A stretch of 64,000 nucleotides of DNA from Candidatus Kaiserbacteria bacterium (GCA_023264445.1 JAHFMN010000002.1:142720-206719); one strand, 5' to 3'; shown: positions 29,137 to 43,020, numbered from the stretch's first letter. The notes: generated by a model not told the origin, from the sequence alone. A program made the numbers and translations.

Positions 29137-30198
29137 ATGGCCGTCGACCAACATCTGCAGGGGCTTCTCGACCTCGTCGTTTCTCAAGGCGCGTCTGATC
29201 TCCACATCTTCGCCGGCGGCCCGCCGATGCTGCGCGTGTCGGGAGCGCTGATTCCCGTCGCCAAATATGATGCGCTCACCAACGAGCAGACGGAAGCGAT
29301 GTTGAAGAGTATGGTCCCGTCGGAGCGTTGGCAATCGTTCGAGCAGAACCAGACCATCGATCTCTCCTATGCGCACAAGGAGGATGCGCGCTTCCGCGTC
29401 AACGGCTACCGCGTGCAGGGTTCGGTCGCGCTCGCGCTGCGTCTTGTGCCACACGCCATCCGCACCTTCAGCGAGCTTAATCTCCCCTCCATACTCGAAG
29501 TGTTCACCCAGCGCGAGCAAGGATTCTTCCTCGTTGTCGGGCCGGTGGGGCAGGGCAAGTCGACGACACTCGCGACGATGATAGACCGCATCAATGATTC
29601 GCGAGCAAACCACATCCTCACCATCGAAGACCCGGTGGAATACCTATTTACTCCGAAAAAATCGCTCGTCCATCAGCGCGAAATATATATCGACGCTCCT
29701 GATTTCCATTCTGCGCTTCAAAGTGCGTTTCGCGAAGACGTCGACGTGATCATGGTGGGGGAGATGCGAGATTACGAGACTATTTCTTCGGCAGTAACCG
29801 CCGCCGAGACCGGCCATCTCGTCTTCTCCACGCTCCATACCAACAACGCCGCCCAGACCATCGACCGCATCATTGATATGTTCCCCGCCGAACAGCAGGC
29901 CCAAGTACGCGTGCAGCTCGCGGGAAGCCTTGCGGGCATCTTCTCCCAACGACTCATCCCGAGGGTCTCGGGCGGGCTCATTCCGGCGTACGAACTGCTC
30001 ATCAATAACAACGCTGTGAGCACACTTATTCGCGATGCACGCACCCACGAGATCGGCTCCATAATCCAGACCTCCTCGGAGGAGGGCATGATCGACATGG
30101 ATCGCGCGCTTGCCGAGCTCGTGCACAAAGGCGAGGTGACCGTCGAGCATGCATACGAGCATGCGATGGACGCGAAGACATTTGAACGCTATCTCTAA
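29137..30198 (+). CDS. pilT: twitching motility / pilus retraction ATPase PilT
   Basis: Walker A GPVGQGKST, AIRNLIRE-like motif in VSTLIRDARTHEIGSIIQT. Confidence 0.9.
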   Translation: MAVDQHLQGLLDLVVSQGASDLHIFAGGPPMLRVSGALIPVAKYDALTNEQTEAMLKSMVPSERWQSFEQNQTIDLSYAHKEDARFRVNGYRVQGSVALALRLVPHAIRTFSELNLPSILEVFTQREQGFFLVVGPVGQGKSTTLATMIDRINDSRANHILTIEDPVEYLFTPKKSLVHQREIYIDAPDFHSALQSAFREDVDVIMVGEMRDYETISSAVTAAETGHLVFSTLHTNNAAQTIDRIIDMFPAEQQAQVRVQLAGSLAGIFSQRLIPRVSGGLIPAYELLINNNAVSTLIRDARTHEIGSIIQTSSEEGMIDMDRALAELVHKGEVTVEHAYEHAMDAKTFERYL

Positions 30199-30202
30199 CA
30201 CC

Positions 30203-31408
30203 ATGCTTTTCACCTACCGCGCAATTGACCAAGACGGGCACGAACGAGAGGGGAGCATTGAAGCCACCTCGAAAGATGTTGCCGTGTCCGCACTCCAGCG
30301 GCGCAACCTCATTATCTCAGCCATTAATTCTGCCGAGAAGCACTCGATGCTTGATTTCTCGATCCCCTTTTTCAGTCGTATTTCAAACAAAGACGTCGTC
30401 ATCCTCTCGCGCCAGGTGGCGACTCTCTTTGAGGCACAGGTGCCGCCGCTGCGCGTCTTCCGGCTTCTTGCAGCAGAAGTGGAGAACAAGAATCTCGCGA
30501 AAGTGCTCTCAGCGGTCGGCGACGATATCCAGGGTGGCAGTCCCATCAGCAAAGCGCTCGCTCACCACCCGACCGTCTTCTCCATGTTCTACGTGAATAT
30601 GGTGCGCGCGGGCGAAGAATCGGGGAAATTGTCAGAAACATTCCTGTATCTCGCCGATTATCTGGACCGCGTCTACGACATCGTCAGCAAGGCCGAGAAC
30701 GCGCTCATCTACCCGATTTTCGTTATCGTCGTCTTCTTTGCCGTGATGGGGCTTATGCTCACCCTTGTCATTCCGAAGATAAGCGCCGTCCTTATTGATT
30801 CCGGCCAGGCGGTACCGATCTATACCTCTGTTGTCATCGGTCTTTCCAATTTCGTCGTCCATTACGGCATCTTCATACTTATCGGGCTTTTTGCTCTCGG
30901 TATCTATGTGTGGCAGCTCGGGAAGACCGAACGCGGGAAGTACGTGATGGACAGTTTGAAGCTCTCGGTGCCGTACGTAGGCGACCTCTACGAAAAGCTG
31001 TACCTCGCCCGCATTTCCGACAACTTCTCCACGATGCTGCTCTCCGGCATATCGGTCGTCGAAGCTATTGAAATCACTGGCTCGGTTGTGGGGAATTCCG
31101 TCTTCGCATCGGTGCTCAGCGAGGTCGGTGCAGATGTGAAGGGCGGCGCCTCCATTTCAGACTCTCTCAGCAAACATCCGGAGATACCGGGCATCATGGT
31201 CGCGATGACAAAGGTCGGAGAAGAGAGCGGCGAGCTCGGCAAGATTCTCACCACGCTCGCTAAATTCTATAGTCGCGAGGTGACGAATGCCGTGGATACC
31301 CTCGTCGGCCTCATCGAGCCGATTATGATAGTCCTCCTCGGTCTTGGCGTCGGTACCTTACTTGCTGCTGTTCTTCTTCCAATTTATAACCTCGCAGGGT
31401 CCATCTAG
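30203..31408 (+). CDS. pilC: type IV pilus platform protein PilC (GspF family)
   Basis: Two GspF repeats, three TM helices, about 400 aa. Confidence 0.85.
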   Translation: MLFTYRAIDQDGHEREGSIEATSKDVAVSALQRRNLIISAINSAEKHSMLDFSIPFFSRISNKDVVILSRQVATLFEAQVPPLRVFRLLAAEVENKNLAKVLSAVGDDIQGGSPISKALAHHPTVFSMFYVNMVRAGEESGKLSETFLYLADYLDRVYDIVSKAENALIYPIFVIVVFFAVMGLMLTLVIPKISAVLIDSGQAVPIYTSVVIGLSNFVVHYGIFILIGLFALGIYVWQLGKTERGKYVMDSLKLSVPYVGDLYEKLYLARISDNFSTMLLSGISVVEAIEITGSVVGNSVFASVLSEVGADVKGGASISDSLSKHPEIPGIMVAMTKVGEESGELGKILTTLAKFYSREVTNAVDTLVGLIEPIMIVLLGLGVGTLLAAVLLPIYNLAGSI

Positions 31409-31492
31409 CCCTCCTTTCCCGATATCCACACCCCTGTTCCCTTGGCAGGGCGCATGCCGTACAATTGGCTCATTAACCGCACAATAATTATT

Positions 31493-31936
31493 ATGCAAAA
31501 AAATCGTTCCCAGGGCTTCACGCTTATCGAATTACTCGTCGTTATCGCCATCATCGGCGTCCTTTCTGCGGTCGTCCTCGCATCTTTGAACACGGCACGT
31601 TCTAAGGGCAATGATGCAGCCATCCAGTCCGACCTCTCGACCATCCAAACACAGGCGGAAATCTACTACGGCGCTGCAGGCGGCAATTCCTACGGCACCG
31701 CCGGAACGGCCTGCAACAATGCGGTCTTCAGCGACTCAACGATTACCAAAGCGATTACTGGCGCAGAGGCTGCAAACGGCACTGGCACGGTGGTATGCAA
31801 CAACACGACTTCCGCATACGCCATCTCCTCACAACTCTCGTCTGACGCGGCGAAATACTGGTGCGTCGACTCGACTGGCTTCGCAGGACAAAGAGTTACG
31901 GCGCTTGGCACCGATACGGTTTGCCCGGCAAGCTAA
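31493..31936 (+). CDS. type IV major pilin (prepilin)
   Basis: Leader MQKNRSQG followed by the N-methylation consensus FTLIELLVVIAIIGVL (Glu+5). C-terminal Cys pair forming the D-region. Confidence 0.8.
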   Translation: MQKNRSQGFTLIELLVVIAIIGVLSAVVLASLNTARSKGNDAAIQSDLSTIQTQAEIYYGAAGGNSYGTAGTACNNAVFSDSTITKAITGAEAANGTGTVVCNNTTSAYAISSQLSSDAAKYWCVDSTGFAGQRVTALGTDTVCPAS

Positions 31937-32040
31937 TCTCCTGAAGCATTTTCTCCGACACGGTCCCGCGGAAGCGGGACCGTGTTACGTTATATCCTGA
32001 ATGGAGACCCCGTTCTAGTACGGGGTATACTGAATCCTCA

Positions 32041-32808
32041 ATGGAAGTACTGCTCATCGGAGCGTTTTTTGCACTCGGCACCGTCCTTGCAAGTTTTGTC
32101 GGTGTGCTTACCGTCAGGCTCCACACCGGCCAGAGTTTTCTTACTGGCCGGTCTCGCTGTGATGCATGTAATGCTCAGCTTTCATCCGGCACCCTCGTGC
32201 CGATTATTTCCTATCTTGTGCAGGAAGGACGGGCCCGCTGCTGTGGCGCTCGCCTCTCGTTCTACGCACCGCTTGTGGAGGGAATCCTCGGCGTGATTTT
32301 CGCCATGAGCTATGCGCGGATAGGCCTCACGCTTGCATTACCGTGTATGCTGCTTGCACTTACGCTCCTGCTTGCACTCGTACTCTACGACCTCGCCCAC
32401 CAGATATTGCCGCCGCTCCTTCTTGCAGCCTTCGTTGCAGTAAGCGCAGGAGCCGGCTTCCTTCTCTCTTCCTCGCTTGCTGCGTTTTATACGAGCTGCA
32501 TCATGGCACTCATTCTCTCCTCCAGTCTCGCGCTCATACATTTCTTTTCAAACGGTCGCGCTATGGGATTTTCGGATGCACCGCTTACGCTCGGTCTCTC
32601 GCTTCTGGTCGGTTCGCCGTTTGCGCTCGCAGGATTCCTTTTTTCATTCTGGATCGGCGGTGCCATTGGGATAGTACTGTTGTTTACGAGGCCAGTCGGC
32701 TCTAGAATGGGGATTGAGGTGCCGTTCGCTCCCTTTCTGGCTGCGGGCTTTCTCCTCGCGTACTTTACCCAATGGAACCCCCTCGCTTTCGTCGTGGCTT
32801 CACTCTAG
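32041..32808 (+). CDS. pilD: prepilin peptidase PilD (A24 family)
   Basis: N-terminal Zn tetracysteine motif CDAC...CCGARL and eight TM helices. Confidence 0.65.
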   Translation: MEVLLIGAFFALGTVLASFVGVLTVRLHTGQSFLTGRSRCDACNAQLSSGTLVPIISYLVQEGRARCCGARLSFYAPLVEGILGVIFAMSYARIGLTLALPCMLLALTLLLALVLYDLAHQILPPLLLAAFVAVSAGAGFLLSSSLAAFYTSCIMALILSSSLALIHFFSNGRAMGFSDAPLTLGLSLLVGSPFALAGFLFSFWIGGAIGIVLLFTRPVGSRMGIEVPFAPFLAAGFLLAYFTQWNPLAFVVASL

Positions 32809-33437
32809 TCGAGCTTATGATGGTGCTCGGCATCATCTCTATCATTTCGATCGTCGTCATCATAAATCAGAACTCGTTTAACAAAACGATTATTCTTGCA
32901 AATACTGCGTACGATGTCGCGCTCTCACTCCGTTCTGCCCAGACGTACGGCCTCACGAGTCGCGTTGCCGGTACTTCAGTGAATACGGGATACGGCCTTA
33001 ATTTTCAGAAAGCGCGCCAGAATTCGTTTACTTTTTTTGCCGATACGTATCCTGCTCCTTCGACGCTCTCTGTGTGTCACTTTACAAACGACCCGTCGGG
33101 ACCGGACGCGCGTCCGGGGAACTGCACCTATGAATCGGCCCAGGGCGAAAAAGTAGTCGACTACGCGCTTGGGAATGGCATCACCATCAGCGATTTCTGT
33201 GCAAATCCCGGTGGTAGCTGGTCGTGCGCATACGCAAACGGCGGAGGGCTATCATCGCTCGATATCGTGTTTGCTCGTCCGAACCCGGACCCATTCATAA
33301 GTGTGAACGGAACCTATTCAGACGTATCCCCAGCAACGGGAGCTTGCATCGCGGTCACCTCTCCGCAAGGGGGTGCGCACTTTGTCTCGATTGCGGCGTC
33401 AGGGCAGATAAGTGCGAATGCCACCTCTTGTCCATGA
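32772..33437 (+). CDS. minor pilin / pseudopilin
   Basis: Prepilin leader MEPPRFRRG|FTLVELMMVLGII with Glu+5. Confidence 0.6.
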   Translation: MEPPRFRRGFTLVELMMVLGIISIISIVVIINQNSFNKTIILANTAYDVALSLRSAQTYGLTSRVAGTSVNTGYGLNFQKARQNSFTFFADTYPAPSTLSVCHFTNDPSGPDARPGNCTYESAQGEKVVDYALGNGITISDFCANPGGSWSCAYANGGGLSSLDIVFARPNPDPFISVNGTYSDVSPATGACIAVTSPQGGAHFVSIAASGQISANATSCP

Positions 33438-33934
33438 ACAGGAACCGCGGGTACACCCTGGTCGAACTCATCGTAGCCGTCGGGCTCTTCGCGTTCATCA
33501 TGGTCCTTGCTTCCGGCGCATACCTTATGATGATCGACCTGAACCGGCGGACGCAAGGCACGACGACCGGCATCAATAACCTTTCTTTCGCACTTGAGAC
33601 CATGACGCGAACTATCCGCACCGGCACGAATTATTCCTGCAACAACAGTGGGGACTGCACGAACGGTGGCTCGCTTTTCTCTGTTACGGATCCAAATAAT
33701 ACTACGATGAGCTACACGGCCGTTAACGGCGTCATCACGCAAAATGGCGTCGCGCTTACAGACCCTACGGTGCAGGTGTCTTCTCTCGTTTTCTACGCTT
33801 CCGGCACGACGGCGGGAGATGGCGCCCAGCCCCACGTCCTCATCGTCGTGAATGGCACAGTGACGTATGCGGCAGGGAAGACTGAGACCTTCGCGATTGA
33901 GACTGGAGCGACAATGCGCGGCAGTGACCTATGA
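33434..33934 (+). CDS. minor pilin / pseudopilin
   Basis: Leader MNRNRG|YTLVELIVAVGLFAF; overlaps the previous gene stop (ATGA). Confidence 0.6.
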   Translation: MNRNRGYTLVELIVAVGLFAFIMVLASGAYLMMIDLNRRTQGTTTGINNLSFALETMTRTIRTGTNYSCNNSGDCTNGGSLFSVTDPNNTTMSYTAVNGVITQNGVALTDPTVQVSSLVFYASGTTAGDGAQPHVLIVVNGTVTYAAGKTETFAIETGATMRGSDL

Positions 33935-34526
33935 ATATGAGATCCTTCACTACCAAGCGCAGTACCGGATTTACTCTTGTTGAGACACTTGTCGCAGTTG
34001 CCATCATAACGCTAGCGGTCTCAGGACCTCTGTTTATGGCGAGCCGTGCTGTCGTCGCTACACAGATCGCACGCGATCAACTCACCGCCTCCTATCTCGC
34101 GCAGGAAGGTATTGAATACGTACGTGCCATGCGCGATGCAGAATTTCTTGCCGCCTTTCAGGCAGGCGCCGCAGGAATATCGACCACTGCATGGAACAAT
34201 TTCCTTAGCAATCCGGTAAGCAGCGATTCCGCGACGATTTCCGGCTGCAAGGCATCAACGTGCACCCTTGATCCTTCGCCGGACGTGCAGATGGGGACAG
34301 GCGTTGGTTTGTCGCTTCAGCCCTGCACCACTACTTGTACGCCGCTCTACTTGGTAAACGGCTTCTACACGCAGCAGAGCGATGTGAATGGAGCGGTAGC
34401 GACGCCGTTTACACGCACGGTCCAAGCATTTGATGCGGCTGCAAACGATGAGCGCATCGTCTCAAAAGTAACGTGGAATTTCCACGGTACGCCGTACACG
34501 GTGACGGTCACCGACCACCTTTCACC

Positions 34527-34536
<10 letters not shown>
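33931..34536 (+). CDS. minor pilin / pseudopilin
   Basis: Leader ...RSTG|FTLVETLVAVAIITLAV with Glu+5. Confidence 0.6.
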
Positions 34537-38299
<3,763 letters not shown>

Positions 38300-38303
38300 T
38301 ACA

Positions 38304-38603
38304 GTGCGCATAATGGCAACGATAGAGGAGGTGAAGAAGCTCGCCGCGCTTGCGCGCATCAAGATAGCGGATGAGGAGCTTGAAGCGTTTACACGTGAAT
38401 TCGACGCTATTCTCGCCTATGTGGGGCAGCTCGAGAAGTTTGATCTGCCGGCAGGAAATGCGGAGATGCCTCCATTGCGCAATGTGATGCGCGAGGATGG
38501 CGAGCCGCAAACCCCGCGCTCGTTTACGGAAAAGATTGCCGCGCAATTTCCTGCACGCGAAGGAGATGCACTCTCCGTGAAGCAGATCATCTCGCATGAC
38601 TAA
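38304..38603 (+). CDS. gatC: Asp-tRNA(Asn)/Glu-tRNA(Gln) amidotransferase subunit C
   Basis: 99 aa with the typical GatC pattern, immediately upstream of and overlapping gatA. Confidence 0.8.
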   Translation: MRIMATIEEVKKLAALARIKIADEELEAFTREFDAILAYVGQLEKFDLPAGNAEMPPLRNVMREDGEPQTPRSFTEKIAAQFPAREGDALSVKQIISHD

Positions 38604-40020
38604 GCGACCGAACGAACTCACGATAGAGGAAGTGGCCCGCGCCCTGCGGGCGCGGGAATTCTCCGTGCGCGAACTCTGGGATGCTTGCGCGGAAGCCGCG
38701 CAGGAGAAGAATCCTGAATTGAATGCCTATCTCGAGCTATTCGAAGCGGATGACGCCGCGATAGCTGCTGCGCAAAAGCGCATTGACGAGAACGACTCGT
38801 CGCTTTTGTGCGGGATTCCGCTCGCGATCAAGGACAACATTCTCATAGAAGGGAAGATCGCAAGCGCAGCATCGCAGATGCTTTCGAATTACCGCGCGAC
38901 CTATGATGCGACGGTCATACAGAAGTTGAAAGCTGCAGGAGCGCTCTTCCTTGGCCGTACCAACATGGATGAGTTCGCGCTCGGCGGCTCCACCGAAAAT
39001 TCTGCCTTCGGGCCCACAAGGAATCCTCACGATACCTCGCGAGTCTCTGGCGGTACTTCCGGCGGCTCCGCTGCTGCCGTTGCCGCGCATCTGTGCATCG
39101 CCGCGCTTGGGACTGATACGGGAGGGTCTGTGCGCAACCCAGCAAGCTTCTGCGGCGTCGTCGGGCTGAAGCCGACCTACGGCGGGGTTTCGCGCTCGGG
39201 CATCATTGCGGCCGCTTCGTCGTTTGATCAGGTCGGGCCGCTTGCGAAGACATCAGAAGATGCGCGTATATTGTATGACGCCATACACGGCCATGACCCG
39301 ATGGATGCGACAAGCATTCCGGACGGATTGTATGCGCCGCGCGCAGTGGGTGAGAAGCTGCGCATCGGCGTCCTAAAAACGCTCGTTTCGAAAGAAGGCG
39401 TGGATGAGGATGTGCGGGCGCTTTTCTCTGCGACGCTTGAAAAACTTACTACTCTCGGTCACACACTCGTTGATATCGAGATTCCCGAGGTGGATCCGGC
39501 CCTTGCTGCCTATTACATCATCAACTTTGCCGAGGTCTCGACCAATCTTGCTCGTTTCGATGGTATCCGCTATGGGCGCGCGGTACGCGGCGATACCTTG
39601 CTCGATGACTACGTCCGCTCGCGCTCGGAAGGATTCGGTCCCGAGACGCGCCGCCGCATCCTGCTTGGCACCTACGTGCTTTCTTCCGGCTATATTGATG
39701 CGTATTATCGCAAGGCAGATACCGCTCGCGGCGTGCTTCGTCAGGCGTTTGAGAAAGCATTTGATACGTGCGATGTTATCGCCACCCCGACGATGCCAAC
39801 ACCAGCATTCAAGATGGGGGAGAAGAGCGACCCGCTTGCTATGTATCTGGAAGACATATTCACCGTGACGGCTAATCTCACTGGCATGCCGGCGATATCG
39901 GTCTCGATGGGAAGTGTCGAGAGGGAAGGGAGCAAACTTCCGGTGGGCATGCATTTCACCGCTCCGCACCAAGCGGAAAACGTACTCTGTGCTCTCGGTG
40001 CCGCAGTGGAGAAGGCCTGA
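38596..40020 (+). CDS. gatA: Asp-tRNA(Asn)/Glu-tRNA(Gln) amidotransferase subunit A (amidase)
   Basis: Amidase signature GGSSGGSAAAVAA and Ser-cisSer-Lys triad context. Confidence 0.9.
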   Translation: MTKRPNELTIEEVARALRAREFSVRELWDACAEAAQEKNPELNAYLELFEADDAAIAAAQKRIDENDSSLLCGIPLAIKDNILIEGKIASAASQMLSNYRATYDATVIQKLKAAGALFLGRTNMDEFALGGSTENSAFGPTRNPHDTSRVSGGTSGGSAAAVAAHLCIAALGTDTGGSVRNPASFCGVVGLKPTYGGVSRSGIIAAASSFDQVGPLAKTSEDARILYDAIHGHDPMDATSIPDGLYAPRAVGEKLRIGVLKTLVSKEGVDEDVRALFSATLEKLTTLGHTLVDIEIPEVDPALAAYYIINFAEVSTNLARFDGIRYGRAVRGDTLLDDYVRSRSEGFGPETRRRILLGTYVLSSGYIDAYYRKADTARGVLRQAFEKAFDTCDVIATPTMPTPAFKMGEKSDPLAMYLEDIFTVTANLTGMPAISVSMGSVEREGSKLPVGMHFTAPHQAENVLCALGAAVEKA

Positions 40021-40093
40021 AGGCCGGACGCACACCGCGTATACCCCGTAGTAGAGCACCTGTGTGCTTCACTACAGGGTATACTGAACGTAT

Positions 40094-40684
40094 ATGCTGC
40101 AGCCGGGCAATCAGGCCAACGTCGAGTACTTCTTTCGCCTCCTCTACAATTGTTTCCATGGCGCGTGCTATGGCGGCACGTCGATCGGACTCCAGGAGTT
40201 CTCCGCGTGGCTCGCACATCTGTGGCTCTGGATTATCATCGTCGGGTACGCGCTTTCGGTCGCAGCGCTCTTCGGTGTCGTGTATACCACTGTGCGCCTC
40301 TTTGAGTTACGCAAGCGAGAAGAGGAGTTCTATAGCACTCTACTGATCACGCCGGAAGCTGCTGGCGGTATGCATCCGCGCTGGGAGCACATTCAGTCGC
40401 TTGTCGAGGGCTCGACTCAAAGTCAATGGCGCGAAGCGATTATCGAGGCCGATATCATGCTCGATGAAGTGCTTGGCAAGCGCGGGTACGCGGGCGATGG
40501 CGTCGGCGAGAAGCTCAAGAGCGCAGAGGAAGCAGAATTTGCCACGCTTCAAAACGCTTGGGATGCGCATAAAGTCCGCAATCAGATAGCACATCAAGGT
40601 TCTTCATTTGATCTTTCTGAAACGGTGGCGCGCCGCACCATCCAGCACTACGAGGCCGTCTTCCGTGAATTTAAAGTGATTTAG
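40094..40684 (+). CDS. membrane-anchored protein with C-terminal HEPN-like (R-x4-H) motif
   Basis: One or two N-terminal TM helices. C-terminal KVRNQIAHQG matches the HEPN Rx4-6H RNase motif. Assignment by motif only. Confidence 0.35.
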   Translation: MLQPGNQANVEYFFRLLYNCFHGACYGGTSIGLQEFSAWLAHLWLWIIIVGYALSVAALFGVVYTTVRLFELRKREEEFYSTLLITPEAAGGMHPRWEHIQSLVEGSTQSQWREAIIEADIMLDEVLGKRGYAGDGVGEKLKSAEEAEFATLQNAWDAHKVRNQIAHQGSSFDLSETVARRTIQHYEAVFREFKVI

Positions 40685-41045
40685 GTTTCGGTTCCTTTGA
40701 GAAAGTTCTTTTGCGATGACAATTGGCACAAACGAGCTCGCATTTCTGTATTTCCTGTTCTATAGCTTCGATACTTAGAACAGTGTGGGACCAACTCCCG
40801 ATATTAAATTTTTTGACCCCTTGACCGTCAACATGATCGAAATCCAGTACATAAGGAAATTCCCTTCCTAAAAAACCGCAATCAACACATGAGCGTGCTC
40901 TTTTGTATTGTTCAATAAATTCAGTCACCCGGTTCTTATTTCTGCGCACGTATGAGATGTGCCGCTCTTTATTTTTCGGATACCAGACTTCCTTCATATA
41001 CTTTGCGTGGTACTCTTTTCTTCGCACGGGATCTTTATGGGCCAT
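40671..41045 (-). CDS. HNH endonuclease
   Basis: HNH motif: CVDCG ... DFDHVDG ... CANCH (zinc-binding Cys plus catalytic His-Asn-His). AT-rich; overlaps the 3' end of the upstream gene convergently. Confidence 0.7.
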   Translation of the reverse strand: MAHKDPVRRKEYHAKYMKEVWYPKNKERHISYVRRNKNRVTEFIEQYKRARSCVDCGFLGREFPYVLDFDHVDGQGVKKFNIGSWSHTVLSIEAIEQEIQKCELVCANCHRKRTFSKEPKPKSL

Positions 41046-41185
41046 ACTCGAAGTTTAGCATCACTACCGAAATGGTAGGTTATGAATCCACAGACATTAG
41101 CAAGAGCTCCTACTCCCTAATCCTGTTGTATTCCAATTCTGTGAGTGGTACTCTGAGGAGGACGCTTCATCGGAAGCGTGATATA

Positions 41186-41507
41186 GCGGGGTAGAGGAGA
41201 GGTACCTCGGGAGGCTCATGTGGAAACGTGACCCTATCCGGTAACGGATAGCGGAAAAACTCTCTAAATTGCTGGAATACCGTTAGAGCTTCTCGTGCTA
41301 CAGCGTGATCCGAAAGGATGAGCGCGAACGCCTGAAAAACAAGAAGATTCGGCAATCAGCAGCCAAGTCTTCCGCCTTCGGCGGAAGAAAGGTTCAGAGA
41401 CTATAATGGGAGAATCCTTATGGGATTATGGTATAGTCCATTCCTGTTGGAAACAGCAGGTGTAAAAGAACCTCCAGACGCCGGTTCGATTCCGGCCCCC
41501 GCAACAC
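41186..41507 (+). ncRNA. ssrA: candidate tmRNA (ssrA)
   Basis: About 322 nt. 3' end GACGCCGGTTCGATTCCGGCCCCCGCA resembles the tmRNA tRNA-like domain (T-arm GGTTCGATTCC). The 5' GCGGGG pairs with the 3' CCCCGC to form an acceptor stem. CCA not encoded. Followed by a terminator. Tag reading frame not confidently identified. Confidence 0.45.
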
Positions 41508-41579
41508 GGTTGTGACGCCAGGAACCAGTACCGTCCCCCATTGGGACCAGTACAGTACCGACAGGCATCACGTACGCGA

Positions 41580-41612
41580 AAGCCGCTCGAAAGAGCGGCT
41601 TTCGCGTTACTT
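41580..41612 (+). terminator. rho-independent terminator after the tmRNA candidate
   Basis: aagccgctc-gaaa-gagcggctt followed by tcgcgtt. Confidence 0.5.
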
Positions 41613-41623
41613 GGAAAAGAGCG

Positions 41624-41980
41624 TTGAAATTTGGTAGTATAAAGACAATGGATGAATCTAATGAGGTCAAATTCAATCAAGAGCAGAAGCCTCCAAGAAA
41701 GAGCAATTCCTTCCTCTATTTAGCAATTATTTTGTTTGCGGCCGAGGCTGTTCTTGGTGTACTAGGTTTTGGTGGAGGCCCTCTTTTGATGTTTGGAGCT
41801 CTTATCGCCTTTACACTTTGGGCAACCAAACCTAAATCAAAAACACGTCGAGTTATAGTTTCGATTCTCACACTTCTGGTAGTTGTACTATTTATCAGTA
41901 TTTTCTCATCATTGCCAGTGGCACGTGAAAATGCGGAGGCAACGCAAGCAGCGAATTCGGCCCAACTTCCCGTTCAATAA
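41624..41980 (+). CDS. hypothetical small membrane protein (island cargo)
   Basis: 118-aa ORF with two TM helices, AT-rich. Confidence 0.35.
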   Translation: MKFGSIKTMDESNEVKFNQEQKPPRKSNSFLYLAIILFAAEAVLGVLGFGGGPLLMFGALIAFTLWATKPKSKTRRVIVSILTLLVVVLFISIFSSLPVARENAEATQAANSAQLPVQ

Positions 41981-41989
41981 AAATTTTCC

Positions 41990-42202
41990 GTGACAAATAA
42001 TTACTTAGAGATGATGCAGAAATTATGTCAGTGCAAGCATACCCGGATGATGCATTTCCATGGGTTCGCGCTCATTCCTGACGGGCAGGATCCATCGGCT
42101 ACCAAAAAGGATGCCGAGTGCCGTGCAGACAACTGCAATTGCCAGATTTACGATGCTATTGAGAAGGATGAGGATGGTACTGTATTGACCGACCTCGCCT
42201 AA
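41990..42202 (+). CDS. hypothetical small Cys/His-rich protein (island cargo)
   Basis: 70 aa with CQCKH ... C ... DNCNC, a possible zinc ribbon, followed by a hairpin terminator. Confidence 0.3.
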   Translation: MTNNYLEMMQKLCQCKHTRMMHFHGFALIPDGQDPSATKKDAECRADNCNCQIYDAIEKDEDGTVLTDLA

Positions 42203-42237
42203 GTAAAAGCCGGCCAAAAGGACGGCTTTTACGTGGG

Positions 42238-43020
42238 CTATCGCTGTGGTTTTTTGAACATGCCATGCTTGACCAAAATACTGAAGGCGTTATCGACCAC
42301 ATCTTTTTCTCGATTGTCACTCACGTAGCCATAAATTTCTCCATAGAAGCTAAGAAGTTCATCAATGAGTGCCAGAACGTGCGTGGTGTGTGCTGCATAT
42401 AACCTTGCGCCGTTTATTTTCTGGTATTGAGGAACAGTGGAAGCGAAATCTCCCCATGAAGTGTTGTATCCAATGAGAGTATCCAAAATTCTGTGGTCGG
42501 ATAGGTGTGCTAGGCCATTCAACTCACCATAATGGCGACTGCCTTTCCATGGCGCATACCTTGCATTGGGGGTAATACCATCTTTTCGTTTTCCTTGCCT
42601 AATCTCGGATAGTGCACTTATGGCTTCGAATTCCTGTCGAATCAGAGCACCAGCTTGTACATACTGGCCTTTTAATATGGACTGTTCACACAGTGATAAT
42701 CCTTGTATTAGCGCAGCTGTAATTACGAATCTCCTACTGGTCGATTCATTACTAGTCGGTATTTTTTGACCAGAGTGTTCTTCAAGGATGGAACCAATAA
42801 CGCCAAGGAGCAGGGTATGAGCCGCATGCAATTCCTGCATATCTGCGAGGCTCTCTCGCAGATTGAATGATTGTGCTTGTTCCTGGTGCTTGGTGTAGTT
42901 TTTCCCAATAGCTATGTATGCAGCATCTATAAAATAATGCGGGCCGTCAAAAGGTCTTTCCCTATGCTGATGAAGGGCATACCAACGGTACTTTATTTCC
43001 TCAAGTAGTCGTCCGAACAT
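42238..43020 (-). CDS. hypothetical protein (island cargo; no recognisable motif)
   Basis: 260-aa ORF with good coding signal and no motif I recognise. Confidence 0.45.
   Translation of the reverse strand: MFGRLLEEIKYRWYALHQHRERPFDGPHYFIDAAYIAIGKNYTKHQEQAQSFNLRESLADMQELHAAHTLLLGVIGSILEEHSGQKIPTSNESTSRRFVITAALIQGLSLCEQSILKGQYVQAGALIRQEFEAISALSEIRQGKRKDGITPNARYAPWKGSRHYGELNGLAHLSDHRILDTLIGYNTSWGDFASTVPQYQKINGARLYAAHTTHVLALIDELLSFYGEIYGYVSDNREKDVVDNAFSILVKHGMFKKPQR

Noticed and set aside
41261-41400. Attempted to assign the tmRNA tag peptide (candidates ending ...SRATA*, ...LLEYR*)
   Set aside because: None ends in the usual Ala-Ala, and the resume-codon context is not convincing. The tag is left unassigned rather than guessed.
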